A DNA stretch of 64,000 nt from contig QPMI01000625.1 in assembly GCA_004431415.1 (NCBI GenBank), forward strand, positions 1-64,000. Direction: 5' to 3'. The translations under genes and the position numbers were made by a program. Numbering within the stretch: position 1 is the stretch's first letter; every line of letters begins with the position of its first letter. The DNA is from Cyanophora paradoxa CCMP329. Lineage: Eukaryota > Plantae > Glaucophyta. Below are positions 63,151-64,000 of the stretch, in pieces. Under the pieces are notes generated by a model. The model was not told where the DNA came from. It did not search any database and saw only the letters and a list, made by a program, of their open reading frames with translations.

Positions 63151-63594
63151 GATTCATGTACACTTCTATACATGTAAGATCTCTAAAGATCTACAAGCCA
63201 TGGGTTAGTGCACGACCTCGATATATTAGTGCATGCAGTTCGAACGCCGTATTAATATTCTTATAAATTACGCGTCCAACCTCAAATCAAAGTCCCCACG
63301 GGCTACGCAGACTACAAACACGCATGACCGGTACCGGAGCCCGGATCACTGCATGACTACAGCGCTAGCTATAGCTAGCTATATAGCTAGTATACGTACT
63401 GGTACCGGGACGGTACTGTACTACTAGGCTAGCGACGGAAGGAGGGGTACGCATTTCGGACCGCCAGGGCTCGAAGGAGGGCGCGAGGTGCCGGCGAAAT
63501 CAGCCGCGAGCTGCAGCGTTGTCCAGCGGCAAAGGCAGAAATCCTAGTCGGCCGGCGATCAGGCTAAAGAGCCGCCGGACCGCAGTCGGCTAGC

Positions 63595-64000
63595 ATGGGT
63601 CGGAGAAGAGAAAACGTCGGGTTGGCTGGCCCGGCGGGAGGCTTGGTGTTCGCTGAAGGGCACGTTGTTTCGCGATCTCATGCTGCTAGCTATAGGCGCC
63701 CGCGAAGCCGAGCAAGGTCTGACCAGGCTCGTGCAGGTACTTGCACAAGAGGGCAGCGCTGGGTCGATGGAAGCGGAAGTTCTTCATCATCAAAGGGAGC
63801 TCGCTGTTGTGCGGAAGAAAGCCCGACGTGCGCACCCTTAGCCGTCGCGAACCGCGCAAGAGCTGGAGCTAAGAGCCTCTGCGCTGACGCGGGCTCCTGC
63901 GCGGCTGGCGGACTCCTTTCCGCAGAGCACGAAGTTCAAACCGATGACTCTGCCGAGCGATATTCCAGCGCGGATCATTGGCGGACTCTCGCAGAAGGGC
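63595..64000 (+). CDS. PH-domain protein, 5' part only
   Basis: Spliced ENVG|YLHKRAALGRWKRKFFIIKGSSLLC matches PH strands 1-3. Confidence 0.65.
   Translation, partial: MGRRRENVGLAGPAGGLVFAEGHVVSRSHAASYRRPRSRARSDQARAGTCTRGQRWVDGSGSSSSSKGARCCAEESPTCAPLAVANRARAGAKSLCADAGSCAAGGLLSAEHEVQTDDSAERYSSADHWRTLAEG

Overview
Eukaryotic nuclear DNA: very GC-rich, gene-dense and intron-dense. Introns are mostly ~45-70 nt, and most long ORFs in the six-frame track are GC shadow ORFs, so genes were rebuilt by hand-splicing. About 20 genes are supported: TOP2 (3' truncated), a CSPP1/CCDC66-like protein, a coiled-coil protein, an Sfi1-repeat protein, a class-3 pseudo-lipase, two unknown genes, an exon-repeat helical protein, an F-box/LRR protein, PPDK, a receptor-like protein with tandem BMP domains, a UBL-ARM protein, a condensin kleisin, MTHFR, an SR/RRM protein, ERGIC3, a COG2907-type flavoprotein, a leishmanolysin/GP63, a diflavin reductase, a C2 protein and a partial PH protein. 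Main findings: (1) a condensin I kleisin (CAP-H/Barren) with an intact chromodomain inserted in its linker and apparently an N-terminal TPR module in the same transcript; (2) very frequent GC-AG introns (6 of 19 in PPDK) with GY(C/G)CGC donors; (3) intergenic spacers built from nested short palindromes; (4) a single-pass receptor with bacterial-type Bmp ligand-binding domains and an M6PR-like TM/tail; (5) a protein built from one-exon-one-repeat duplications. The style recalls a GC-rich flagellate protist or alga such as a glaucophyte, but that is only an impression. All domain calls come from motif recognition by eye, not database searches.
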